Below are positions 40,571-50,912 of a DNA stretch of 64,000 bases, in pieces (the stretch's first letter is position 1; each line of letters starts with the position of its first letter). This DNA is from an uncultured Planctomycetota bacterium (GTDB taxonomy: Bacteria; Planctomycetota; Planctomycetia; Gemmatales; Gemmataceae): NCBI GenBank assembly GCA_963849325.1, contig CAWKHF010000006.1, positions 352,001 to 416,000 on the forward strand. The letters run 5' to 3'. The notes below the pieces were generated by a model, which worked only from the letters and a program-made list of their open reading frames with translations, ran no database searches and was not told where the DNA came from. The translations under genes were made by a program, and so were the position numbers.

Positions 40571-41022
40571 GCCTGCGCTTTCGCTACAAATCCTTTCGCT
40601 TTTCGCATCCGATCGTGCCGCTGGATGGGCGGACCATTCGCCCGCGTCCCGTGTTCAGCGTCACCGTGATCGGCCCTCGCGGTTCGATGCCCCAGGATGC
40701 GCTGCTCGATACGGGGGCCGACGACAACGTCTTCCCCGACCGAATCGCCCAGCTAATCGGCATCGATCTAACCAATGCGCCTTCGAGGCGCGTCGGAACT
40801 TTGCTGTCGAATTCTGTACTCGTTCGCTATGCTCGCGTCACTCTGCGTATCGCCGACAATCAGGAACGCCGCGAGTGGGAGGCCTGGGTCGGTTTCACGC
40901 CGGCCCCGATTCGCTTCCCAACACTCGGCTTTGCCGGCTTCCTGCAATACTTCACGGCGACCTTCCACGGCGATCGGGAAGAAGTCGAGCTGACAGTGAA
41001 TAGTCAGTATGCGGGGACGTGA
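40567..41022 (+). CDS. Retropepsin-like aspartyl protease
   Basis: ALLDTGAD active site and LGFAGFL motif; ATGA overlap with the previous gene. Confidence 0.75.
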   Translation: MSLRFRYKSFRFSHPIVPLDGRTIRPRPVFSVTVIGPRGSMPQDALLDTGADDNVFPDRIAQLIGIDLTNAPSRRVGTLLSNSVLVRYARVTLRIADNQERREWEAWVGFTPAPIRFPTLGFAGFLQYFTATFHGDREEVELTVNSQYAGT

Positions 41023-41033
41023 GGGAGGATGCG

Positions 41034-41438
41034 ATGGAAGAAGCTCTCTGGCCCATGCTCGCGGCTATCGTCGCCTGCCTGGTCGTCTTTGGCGTGCTCG
41101 GCGCCGGCCTGGTGCTGGTCATCCGCGACACGATGCGGCAGCGCGGCAAGTGGGGCATCAACTGGAAACCGGCCGCCTGCACCGAATGCGGCACGGCGGC
41201 GCCGGTGGTCCGCATGCCGGCCAATCGGCGTCAGGCGCTATGGGGCGGCTGGACCTGCGCCGAATGCGGCTTGGAACTGGACAAGTGGGGCCGGCCCATC
41301 GAGGGGCAGGACAGCCCGGCGAAATGGAAGGTCCTCCGCGCCGCCGAGGAGAGCGAAGAGCGCCCGCGCCGGCCGAGACGCCGCGACGAACGAATCCGCG
41401 ACGGAGACGATCACACGCAACGAGGAGATGCACCATGA
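41034..41438 (+). CDS. Membrane-anchored zinc-ribbon protein
   Basis: N-terminal TM, CTECG...LWGGWTCAECG.ELDKWG. Confidence 0.7.
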   Translation: MEEALWPMLAAIVACLVVFGVLGAGLVLVIRDTMRQRGKWGINWKPAACTECGTAAPVVRMPANRRQALWGGWTCAECGLELDKWGRPIEGQDSPAKWKVLRAAEESEERPRRPRRRDERIRDGDDHTQRGDAP

Positions 41439-42884
41439 ACCAGCCCATCAACCTCGCCCACCTGCCCCTGACACGGCGCGATTTCCTGTGTCGTTCCGGC
41501 ATGGGCTTCGCCTCGCTCGGCCTGGCCGAGCTTGATGGCCTCTCAGGGTCTCGCCGCCGCCACCGACTCGGGCCGGGCCGTATCGCCGCTGGCGCCCAAG
41601 GGGCCGCACTTCCCCGCACGGGCCAAGCGCGTCATCCACCTGTTCATGAACGGCGGCCCCTCGCACGTCGATTCGTTCGATCCCAAGCCATCGCTGCAAA
41701 CGTATGCCGGCAAGCTGCTGCCGCGCACCAACCTCCGCACCGAACGCAGACCGGCGCCGCCTTCCCCTCGCCCTTCCGCTTTCAGAGGTACGGCAAAGTC
41801 GGCATCGAGGTCAGCGACCTGTTCCCGCACACGGCTCGCTGCATCGACGACATCTGCGTCATCCGCTCCATGCACGCCGACGTGCCCAATCACGAGCCGT
41901 CGCTGCTGCTCATGAACTGCGGCGAGGCCCGGCAGATCCGGCCGAGCATGGGTTCGTGGGTGACCTACGGCCTGGGCAGCGACAACCAGAACCTGCCCGG
42001 CTTCATCGCCATGTGTCCGGGCGGCTATCCCATCCAGGAGACGCAGAACTGGCAGTCGGCCTTCCTGCCCGGCGCCTACCAGGGCACCTACATCGACACG
42101 CGCCACACGGAGGTGGACAAGCTCATCGAGCACATCCGCAACACGACGCTGTCGCTGGCCGAGCAGCGCCGCCAGCTCGACCTGCTGCGCCAGCTCAACG
42201 AGCGCCACCAGCAGACGCCGCCGCCACGACGCCCAGCTCGAAGCTCGCATCCAGTCGTTCGAGCTGGCCTACCGCATGCAGATGGACGCCAGCGATGCCT
42301 TCGACGTCAGCCGCGAGCCGAAGCACATCCGCGACATGTACGGGCCCGGCACGCAGGCGCGGCAAATCCTCATCGCCCGCCGGCTGCTGGAAAAGGGCGT
42401 GCGCTTCGTGCAGGTCTGGCACGGCGCCGGCCAGCCGTGGGACAGTCACGACGACATCGAGGTGCAGCACCGCCGCCTGGCCCGCGAATGCGATCAGGCC
42501 ATCGGCGCCCTGCTGGTGGACCTCAAACAGCGCGGCATGCTCGACGACACGCTGGTCATTTGGGGCGGCGAGTTCGGCCGGACGCCGACGGTGGAGCTGC
42601 CGACGCCGGGCAACAACGCCGGCAAGGTCAACGGCCGCGATCACAACCATTGGGGCTTCACGATGTGGCTGGCCGGCGGCGGCGTCAAGGGCGGCCACGT
42701 CCACGGCGCCACCGACGAGTTCGGCTTCCAGGCCGTCGAGAACAAGGTCCACGTCCACGATCTGCACGCCACCATCCTGCACCTGCTCGGCTTCGATCAC
42801 GAACGGCTGACCTACCGCTACGCCGGCCGCGATTTCCGGCTGACGGACGTGCATGGGAACGTCGTCAAAGATGTGCTTGCGTGA
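41435..42884 (+). CDS. DUF1501 protein (Tat signal); frameshifts
   Basis: [55 protein letters not shown]. Confidence 0.9.
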
Positions 42885-42982
42885 GCGAAAACAGAAAAAC
42901 CCGCGGGCCGGTGGTCGTCTCCCTTGGAGGAGAAGACCCCGGCCCGCGAATCCCAGACTTCAGCAATCCAGAGCTACGTTCT

Positions 42983-43189
42983 TCAGGAGCGCCTTGTACC
43001 GCCGAGCGGGCGGTAGATGCGCTGCCCATTCTGGTTGATGCTCGGCACGTAGCCATTACAGTCGGCCCGGCCCAGCATGTCGTCGCCGCCCTCGACGGGT
43101 CGGCCCGCCATGGCGGAATACAACTCGCGGGTCGTCAAACCGGCTTTCCGCCCCCTGTTGATGAGGATCTGATAGTGCGTAAGGCTCAT
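42983..43189 (-). CDS. Small hypothetical protein
   Basis: 68 aa MSLTHYQILINRGRKAGL..., purine-rich RBS, followed by a hairpin at ~42901-42948. Confidence 0.6.
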   Translation of the reverse strand: MSLTHYQILINRGRKAGLTTRELYSAMAGRPVEGGDDMLGRADCNGYVPSINQNGQRIYRPLGGTRRS

Positions 43190-43512
43190 CGTTGATGCCT
43201 TCTCTTTCTTTGGGTCTTGCAGTCGCAACTGCTTCTCTGTTCCTCTTCGCCAAATCCCTGCCTCTACTCTAACTCATAAAACGAGCACATTCCATGCCAT
43301 CATCAGTCCAGGAGGCGAGAGCATACGACATGTTTTTCTTAAAACCTTATTAACAAAATGCTTGCGCCGAAACCCGCTAAGGATGCCTATGGTCTGTATC
43401 GGCATGCCGGCTCGATGAAATGCAAGAAATGTTTTGAAATGGAACAGGGCCATGTTGATTTTTGTACATGAGAAGAAGCGGGGGATAAGGACGATCAAGA
43501 TAGGCCGTTAAG

Positions 43513-45012
43513 TCAAAAACCGTCCGGCCGGCACGCAAAGGCACGGTCGAGAACGAGCACATCCTGATCTGGCCAATGCTTGGCACGGACGACCTCCGGC
43601 CAGAAGCGGCGGTAGAGGACACGCAGACGCACACCGACCAGCGACGACGGGAACTCGTAGACGCTCTCATCGACCTGTCCCGGACTGAGGCGAGTGTCCG
43701 GCGGAGGATCGGGGGCGGCGAGCCAGAACGGCACCGGATGGTGGCCCTCGAAGTCCTGGAGAACGCGGGCATACAGTCGTCCCGGTTGGTCGGCCAGATC
43801 GGGACCGACCGGCGCCGGCAACCTCGGTCCCGAGCGCGGCGGCAGCGAACGACCATCCTCGCTTCGCCCCTCGACGATGAGAACCAGGTGCCGATCGACG
43901 AAGCCGGTCGGCAGGCGATGACCGACACCCTCGGTCCAGAGGCGCACCCGGGCCCGCACACCGTCCGCCTTGCGCTCGAAGAGCGCCGACGCCTTGATGG
44001 CGCGGCGCAGCATCGCCTCTCGGCTGCCATCGAAGAAGCGATGATTGGCGAGCGTGTGCGGGTCGCGCGCGATGCCGCCGTGGCCGGGGGCCATGTTGGT
44101 CATGCGGCCGGTCGGCTTCATGTGGCAATCCTGGCAGTGCTTGCCCTGGCGGCGGGCGGGACTGGCCTGCCATTCGGAGAACGTGCTGTAAACGTGGACG
44201 CCGAAGATGATACCTTCATGGCACGAGGCGCAGTAACGGCTGTCGCGGTACAGCGGCGAATAGGCGTCCTCGCCACGGTCCACGTCGTCGAGGGCACCGA
44301 AGAACAGCTGGCCCTCGGTCGGGCGCAGCAGCCGCAGGTTGAATCGGCCGTGCGTCAGTCCGATGGTTCCGTCGGCGACGTCGGCGATCTTGTGACAGTA
44401 ATCGCAGTGGACGCCACGAGCAGCGACGCCTCGGACTTTCCGGAGGTCGTAGTCTGTCGCCGTGGGAGCATGACAGGAGGCGCAGACGCCGGCGCCGTCG
44501 GGATACTGCGTGAGCAGGCCCCAGCTGACGCCCGGATGGCCGTGCCTGTCGGTGCCTTCGTAGAGGTTGCGGAAGTGTTGCCCCGTGACCGAGTGGGCGT
44601 GGCCGCTGTGCGACCATTCGCGGTAAATTTCGGCATGGCAGTTGGCGCAGTTGTGGACCTCGGCCGTGTTCGGCGCGGGATCGACCCATTCATAATCCGC
44701 GTTATCTTCGGACGGCAAACGAGTCAGGCGGATCGACAGCGGCGATTTCGTGCGTTCGACGCCGCCGATGAAGTACCCTTCTTTCCACGCCGTCAAGCGT
44801 CGCCCTGGTGATGGACGCGGCAAATGGAAGCGGCCGCCGACATCGGTGTGAGTGCTGGCCGCGGAACCCTTGAAGCGCACGCGCACGGTGGCGAGCGGGC
44901 CGTCCTCATCGAGGACCCGCCCCTCGACGCCGGTCGGTCCCGCAGGCAGCAGGGTCAACCCGGCGAGCAGAGCGAGCAGCAGCCCCAGCGTCAATCCCGG
45001 TGACAAGCGCAC
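43513..45012 (-). CDS. Multiheme cytochrome c with N-terminal beta-sandwich domain
   Basis: Five CxxCH motifs (CANCH, CASCH, CDYCH, CASCH, CQDCH); likely GTG start before the hydrophobic signal. Confidence 0.85.
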   Translation of the reverse strand: MRLSPGLTLGLLLALLAGLTLLPAGPTGVEGRVLDEDGPLATVRVRFKGSAASTHTDVGGRFHLPRPSPGRRLTAWKEGYFIGGVERTKSPLSIRLTRLPSEDNADYEWVDPAPNTAEVHNCANCHAEIYREWSHSGHAHSVTGQHFRNLYEGTDRHGHPGVSWGLLTQYPDGAGVCASCHAPTATDYDLRKVRGVAARGVHCDYCHKIADVADGTIGLTHGRFNLRLLRPTEGQLFFGALDDVDRGEDAYSPLYRDSRYCASCHEGIIFGVHVYSTFSEWQASPARRQGKHCQDCHMKPTGRMTNMAPGHGGIARDPHTLANHRFFDGSREAMLRRAIKASALFERKADGVRARVRLWTEGVGHRLPTGFVDRHLVLIVEGRSEDGRSLPPRSGPRLPAPVGPDLADQPGRLYARVLQDFEGHHPVPFWLAAPDPPPDTRLSPGQVDESVYEFPSSLVGVRLRVLYRRFWPEVVRAKHWPDQDVLVLDRAFACRPDGF

Positions 45013-45032
45013 ATCAGCTTTCCACGAAAGGT

Positions 45033-46027
45033 TCAGCGTCGAGAAGACTTGCGGCGCCGCGGCTTGGGCGACGCCGGCAGCAGTTCCTCCCAGGAACGCA
45101 CTTGCCCTAAACGCAACAGAAGCTGCTCCAGCTGTTCCAGGTCTTGCATTTCCTCCACCCGAGCCTGAAGATCGGCAGGCGCGGGCGTCTGCAAATGCCT
45201 CTGCCCCAGTTGCAGCAGCATCTTGCGCGCTTCTTGCAACGCGCCTTCCGCGCGTCCCGCGGCAAGTCCTTTCCGAATGATGGCCTGATACGTCGTGGAT
45301 TCTTCCATATCGAGGACTCTTTGTAATAACTGCTCCACCAGAACATCTTGATAGCGCAGACCCATGAGCACGTACACCGCCGTCCACCAGCGCCCCAGCC
45401 GGCCTCGGTCGCGCATCCGCGCCACGCGCCGTCTCATCTCGCGCACCACTCCCGGCAGCTCCGCTTCGCTCACGGCGCTGACCGGCGCCAGGGCCAATCG
45501 TCCCAGGCCGCCCGCCAAGAGCGACTGAACCGGAAGTTCCCAAACACGAATCACCTGATAAGAGGCCCTAACAAAATGTGGCAACACGTTTTCAACGTGT
45601 TGGATTGTACGGCACGTTACAAACGTGCCGCCACATTCGGTTCGTGCCTCTAACGAAAGATTCGGTAGGGTTGGGATGCTTGCGGGACCTGTCGCTGATA
45701 TGTGCCGGTCAGCACACCCAGGTTAGCCTGCGGCCGCAGCAGCACCACTACGCTGGCCACCGGCAAGTCATGCCGATCTTCCAGCGCCGCATTATACACG
45801 TTGACGCGCCGAGGCAGCGAGGCGTCCGGCCCCGCTTGGAACTCGAAGTGCATCAGCGACGGCGGCGGCCCGTGCAGACGCAGCACCTTGTCGGCCGCGC
45901 CGCTGATCGTGGCAATGTCGGCGTCGATGACTTCGACCTGGGGATCGGATATGCCGGCCAGAATGGGCCAGTCCTCCGGCGCATCTTCCAGCAGCGCTTT
46001 CAGCGTGACGTCGAATTTCTTCTCCAC
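45033..46027 (-). pseudogene. Rpn-family PD-(D/E)XK nuclease interrupted by a MITE
   Basis: FDVTLKALLE..AD..HFEFQ..VVLLRP and YQVIRVWE..LAP..MGLRY..MEESTTYQ halves rejoin in frame when 45562-45653 is removed. Confidence 0.85.
45562..45650. mobile_element. 89-bp MITE, IS5-family (IS1031-like) ends
   Basis: TAA duplication (45559-61, 45651-53); imperfect terminal inverted repeats GAGGCCCTAACAAAATGTGGC / GAGGCACGAACCGAATGTGGC. Confidence 0.85.
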
Positions 46028-46165
46028 CGCGCGTCTCCCGCCGCCCGCGTCGATCTTGGTGACAATTGCATGTCAGTGTTCCGCGCCTGGACAAGCCTGG
46101 AGCGTTCGCGACGAGTTGCGCCAACCCGTCGCTGGCAGGCTGTCCAGTGTAACAAATCGCGGCGC

Positions 46166-47832
46166 TCAGCGATGGCGATTCGCGTCCAGCATCAGCGGCG
46201 CCAGCGCCAGCCGCGTCAACGGCAAGAACAGCGCGATGCCAAGCACGAGGGCCGCTACGGACGTTCGTCCCTCCGGAAGCAGCACGTACAGTACGCCGAA
46301 CGACCCGCTGGCGAGGAGGAGCCACGCCGCCAGTGCTCCCCAAAGGACGCGCCGCGGCAAGATGTCTCGCCGTTTCAGAGCGCGGAGGGAGCACACGGCC
46401 GCCACGCTTTTCAGACCGGCGACTCCGCCCGCCAGCCACGGCAGAACTTCGGTGACGGTCGGCCAGTATCGAGGAGTAATCATCAACCACACGCTGAAAG
46501 CGAGCAAGGCGGTGAGACCGAAGGAGTTGAGGAGCGAGCCGGCCATCATCCACGTGCTCCGGACCATTCCCAGCCATAATGCCTGGAGCATTTGCAACCA
46601 CGTCAACACGACGGCGCCGACGACGAGCAGAGCCAGGCCGCACCAGGACGGGCCGGAGGGGTGACGCTGGCGCAGGGCGTCGAACAACGCCGTCAGCTCG
46701 GCGGCCTTGCCGTCCATCAGGGACCAGGCGAACACCACAAGCAGGAGTATGCCCCAAACAGCCAGCGTGCTCAGGGCAGCCGTTTCGAACTTGCGCGAAT
46801 CGAACAGCGCGGTGGCGACCGGCCGTGACGCCGCGAACGACGACAGCGATGTCGTCGAATGTCGCCCCGGCAACCGGCCAATGTCCCCTCCACAACCCGC
46901 TGAAAGCACGAGGACCAGATACGGCAAGCTCGCAAGGGGCAGCCATACACCGCCAACCTCAGCGGGAAGGCTCGGCGGAACGAGGCGGGCCCCATTCCGA
47001 GCCGCCTCGTTGAGGCAATGGGCGATCAGCAGCCAGGGCAGGGAGAAGCCGGCGACGAGGATGGGGAAGAGATGCCCCTTGCGTCGCCACTCGAACCAGA
47101 GTTGCGCCGCGCCGGCGACACGAATGGCCGGTCAACGGTCGTCGCGGAGGTCCAGCGCAGCCACGTCCGCCAACCCGGCCAGGCCCAGGTCGGCCCACCT
47201 CCGCGACGAGCGCGGGCGACGCCGTAGACGGCGGTCAGGTACGCAAGCGGCAACTGGATGGCGAGCGCGGCGCCACCGAGCGCTGTGCCGGGGTCGAACT
47301 CCGCGCGAAGCAATTGCGGCCCAATGACGGCGGCGACAAGCAGCGGACCAATAACGAATAGTCGTAGGCCCGGCAGCGGAAAGGGCAACCAGACGATGGC
47401 CTGCAACCAGGCCAGGGCGACGGCCAACGTCAAGGCCCCCCACCACGTGACGAACCCGAGTTCCACTCCGCCCATCCGCAGCACGCCGCAGGACAGCGTC
47501 AACCAGGCCAACGCTGGCACCGACGTTGTCCATAGCATCGGCCAGCCAGCCAGCGACCACGTCGGCAGCGGTAACGTCATCAGCCGCGAAGGGAACCCGG
47601 ACGCACCAACCTCCAGCCGTGCATCCCGGCCGACCAAAAAGACGATCACCAGGTAGCCGAAGACCACCGGGCACGGCCACACGAGCAGGAACGGGAAGTG
47701 TACAAAATGAGGGGACGTGATCGCCCACGCAGAGGCCAGGACCAATAGCAACAGCCAGTAGCCGGCGCAGAGCGTCAAACCGAGACGATGGCGCGTCCAG
47801 ACCTGCCAGCCAAATGCCAGAGAAGGAGACAT
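46166..47832 (-). CDS. Multi-TM membrane protein (ABC permease partner); frameshifts
   Basis: Hydrophobic ORFs 47026..47832 and 46166..46927 directly downstream of the ABC ATPase. Confidence 0.65.
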
Positions 47833-47835
47833 GAA

Positions 47836-48756
47836 TTACTCCGTTACGTCGGCCGCGGCAGGCCGGCCCATGCGGGCGACGAAGATTTCATCCAGGCCGA
47901 CGCCGTGCTCCTCGACGACGCGAGCGCCGCAGGCGGACACGGCCTCTTGCCAGGCGCTGGACGGACCGTGCCACACGGCCGTCCATTCGTGGCCGGCCCC
48001 TTCCCAGCTCAGCGCCCCGGACAACGCCGGCGGTTGCGCGAGCGGTTCCGCGAAACGCAGCGTCACTCGGCGATGATTGGCCTGAATCTCATCCATCCCC
48101 GCCGACAGCACGATACGGCCGTCGTCGATCATGGCCACGCGATCGACCACGCGCTCCATCTCGTCGAGCAGGTGCGAGGAGAACAGCACCGTCCGCCCCT
48201 CGTCGGCGACGGTGCGAATGATGGCGCCGAGAATGTCGCGCCGCACGAGCGGGTCCAGTCCCGACGACGGTTCGTCCAGGACCAGCAGCTCCGGCCGATA
48301 CGCCAGGGCGACGAGCAGCCCCGCTCGGGCCTGCTGGCCCTTCGACAGCTCGCCGATGCGCGACGACAGATCGAGGCCGAACTGATGTCGCAGCTCCTCC
48401 GCGTAGTCGTCGCGCCAGGCCGGATAAAAGGCCCGCGTGTAGCGGATCAGTTCGGCCACGGTCATCCACGACGGCAGATCGTTCTCTTCGGAGAGATAAC
48501 CGATCCGCGACAGGATGCCGACCGGATCGGCCACCGGGTCGCGTCCGAAGACACGCACGCGGCCGGTCTCGGCCCGCAGCAGGCCCAGGACGTGCTTGAT
48601 GAGCGTCGTTTTGCCCGAGCCGTTGACGCCGACCAGTCCGAAGACGCAGCCGCGCGGCACGCTCAGGACCACGTCGTCCAGGGCGACCTTGGCACCGAAG
48701 CGCCGCGTCACGCCCTGGATGTCGATGACGGTCGGCGCGGGACTCGTGGCGATCAT
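47836..48756 (-). CDS. ABC transporter ATP-binding protein
   Basis: GVNGSGKTT, LSKGQ, LVLDEPSSGLDP, SSH; own GGAGG RBS. Confidence 0.92.
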   Translation of the reverse strand: MIATSPAPTVIDIQGVTRRFGAKVALDDVVLSVPRGCVFGLVGVNGSGKTTLIKHVLGLLRAETGRVRVFGRDPVADPVGILSRIGYLSEENDLPSWMTVAELIRYTRAFYPAWRDDYAEELRHQFGLDLSSRIGELSKGQQARAGLLVALAYRPELLVLDEPSSGLDPLVRRDILGAIIRTVADEGRTVLFSSHLLDEMERVVDRVAMIDDGRIVLSAGMDEIQANHRRVTLRFAEPLAQPPALSGALSWEGAGHEWTAVWHGPSSAWQEAVSACGARVVEEHGVGLDEIFVARMGRPAAADVTE

Positions 48757-48761
48757 TGGCG

Positions 48762-49158
48762 TCACTCCTCCGAAGGACGTTCCGCGCAGCGCCTTGTCGC
48801 GCTGGCGAAGCAGGTCGATGATTTCGTCGGTGCCGACGTCGAGCTGGCGCGCTTCGACGAGCAGGGCGTCGATGCGTTCGGTCACGATTTTGAGACGTTC
48901 GCGGCGAGCCAAGGGCGAGCCGGCGTCGGAGACATAGGTCCCCGTCGTGCTCCGCTTGGTGACAACGCCGGCCGTCTCCAGTTCGCGGTAAGCCCGCGCC
49001 ACCGTATTGGGGTTGATGACCAGCTGCTCGGCCAGGGCGCGGATCGGCGGCAGCTCCTCGCCGGCTTGCAGTCGGCCCGAGGCCACCAGGTATTTGACCT
49101 GGTTGACGATCTGCAAGTAGGTCGGCACGCCGTTCTGGCGGCTAAGATGGATCTGCAC
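48762..49158 (-). CDS. GntR (YtrA-like) regulator
   Basis: PTYLQIVNQVK..G.L..GEELPPIRALAEQLVINPNTVARAYRELE. 3' end approximate; in frame with the ATPase in this sequence. Confidence 0.85.
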
Positions 49159-49323
49159 GACGATTCTCCCCGAGCCGGCGACGGACTCGATGAACCACTG
49201 TATGAATACAGTAATACAAAGGAGAGGGAAATGTCAAGCCCGGATTTGCCCCCAAGCTAAAGTCCATGCCATTCTTTCCTGATACCTTTTCGCCTTTTCC
49301 TCTCTTTTCTCCTCCTACTCTTC

Positions 49324-49662
49324 GTGTTCGGCCCGACGGTTCGCTGGCGCAGCAAGCAGCGCTATTACCATCTGCACGTCCCGGACACGGCGGACGACAG
49401 CGGCGCCGACGGCATGCGCGTGGACCGCGACGGCCGGCCCTACGTGGCGACGCGCCTGGGCATCCAGGTATGCGATCAGGCCGGACGGGTCAACGCCATC
49501 CTGCCCACGCCCAACGGCAAAGTGTCGAACTTCTGATTCGGCGGCGCCGACTTCGATGTGTTGTTCGCCACCTGCGGCGACCGCGTTTTCACGCGCAAGT
49601 TGAAGGTCCGAGGCGCCCACGCCTTCCAGGAGCCGCACAAGCCCGCCGCGCCTCATCTGTGA
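49324..49662 (+). pseudogene. SMP-30/gluconolactonase C-terminal fragment
   Basis: GADGMRVDRDGR.YVATRLGIQVCDQAGRV..SNF*FGG: internal stop, N-terminus absent. Confidence 0.7.
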
Positions 49663-49767
49663 CGATGCAGGGTGGTCTCCGGATTCATGCTTGCCATTTG
49701 CCTTTCGCCGACTTACCGGGTAGTTTTATGTCTGTCCGACGACCGTCCGGTTGACGCGGAGGAGCGC

Positions 49768-50912
49768 ATGGCGATGTCGATGTCCGCCGAAGTCCGCGAC
49801 CTGCTGACCCTTACTCTGGTGCCGGGCATCGGCCCGCGCCTGAGCGCCGCCCTGCGCGAGCGTTTCGGCTCGGCCGGCGCTGCCCTGCGCCGAGCGCCGC
49901 CGAGTTGTCTTCCGTGCCCTACGTCACATCGCGTCTGGCGGAGAACATCCAGCAGGCGCGACTGCGCGACAATGCCGCGGCGGAACGGGAGCGCATGGAA
50001 CGTCACGGCGTCCGCCTGGTCGCGCTGGGTACGCCGGAGTATCCGCCGGCGCTGGCGAACATCGGCGATCCGCCGCCGTTGCTCTACGTCCGCGGTACGC
50101 TGACGGCGGCCGACGCCAACGCGGTCGCGCTGGTCGGCTCGCGCCATGGCACGGACTACGGCCGACGCGTCGCGGCTCGTCTGTCGGCTGGCCTGGTCCG
50201 AGCCAGTGTCACGGTCGTGAGCGGACTCGCGCGTGGCATCGACGGCGTCGCCCATCGGGCGGCGCTGGAGGCGGGCGGGCGCACGCTCGCCGTGCTGGCC
50301 GGCGGCCTGTCGCGCATCTATCCACCCGAACACACCGACCTGGCCCGTGAGGTCGAGGCATCCGGGGCCGTGCTGACCGAGGCGAGCATGGAGCAGGGAC
50401 CGCTGGCCGGCCTGTTTCCCGTCCGCAACCGCATCATCAGTGGGCTATCGAAAATCGTTGTGCTGGTCGAGGCGGCGGCAAAAAGTGGAGCGCTCATCAC
50501 CGCCAGCCACGCCGCCGACCAGGGACGCACCGTCATGGCCGTGCCTGGCCTGGTCGAGTCGGCGTCCAGTGGCGGCTGCCACGAGCTGATTCGCAAGGGT
50601 GCCGTGCTGTGCCGCGGTGTCGAGGACATTCTCGAAGAGCTGCACGGCGTCTCGGCGATGGCCGTGGCGGAGAAGAAGGCCGCGCCCGCCGCGCCGGCGG
50701 CCCCGTCCGGTCCACCGCCGGGGCTGGACGACGGCCAGCGGCGCATCTGGGAGATGCTGACGGAGGCGTGTCACCTGGATCAACTGGTGCAGCGTCTGGG
50801 GCTGGCGGTGCCGCAGGTCTCGGGAGCCCTGATGATGCTGGAAATGCGAAAGGTCGTGCGGCGACTGCCCGGCAATCGCTACGAACGCTGCGGAGCGGCT
50901 CACCAGCGATAG
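49768..50912 (+). CDS. dprA: DNA-processing protein DprA; frameshift near 49900
   Basis: VPGIGPR, YPPAL..DPPPLLYVRG, VALVGSR, VSGLARGIDG, FPVRNRIISGLS, SGALITA. Confidence 0.92.

Noticed and set aside
45013-45543. N-terminal extension of the multiheme cytochrome ORF
   Set aside because: Alternative frame of the Rpn gene; the signal peptide begins near 45012.
47836-49158. Novel GntR-ABC ATPase fusion
   Set aside because: The ATPase has its own GGAGG RBS and ATG at 48756, with an out-of-frame TGA just upstream; probably an indel artefact.
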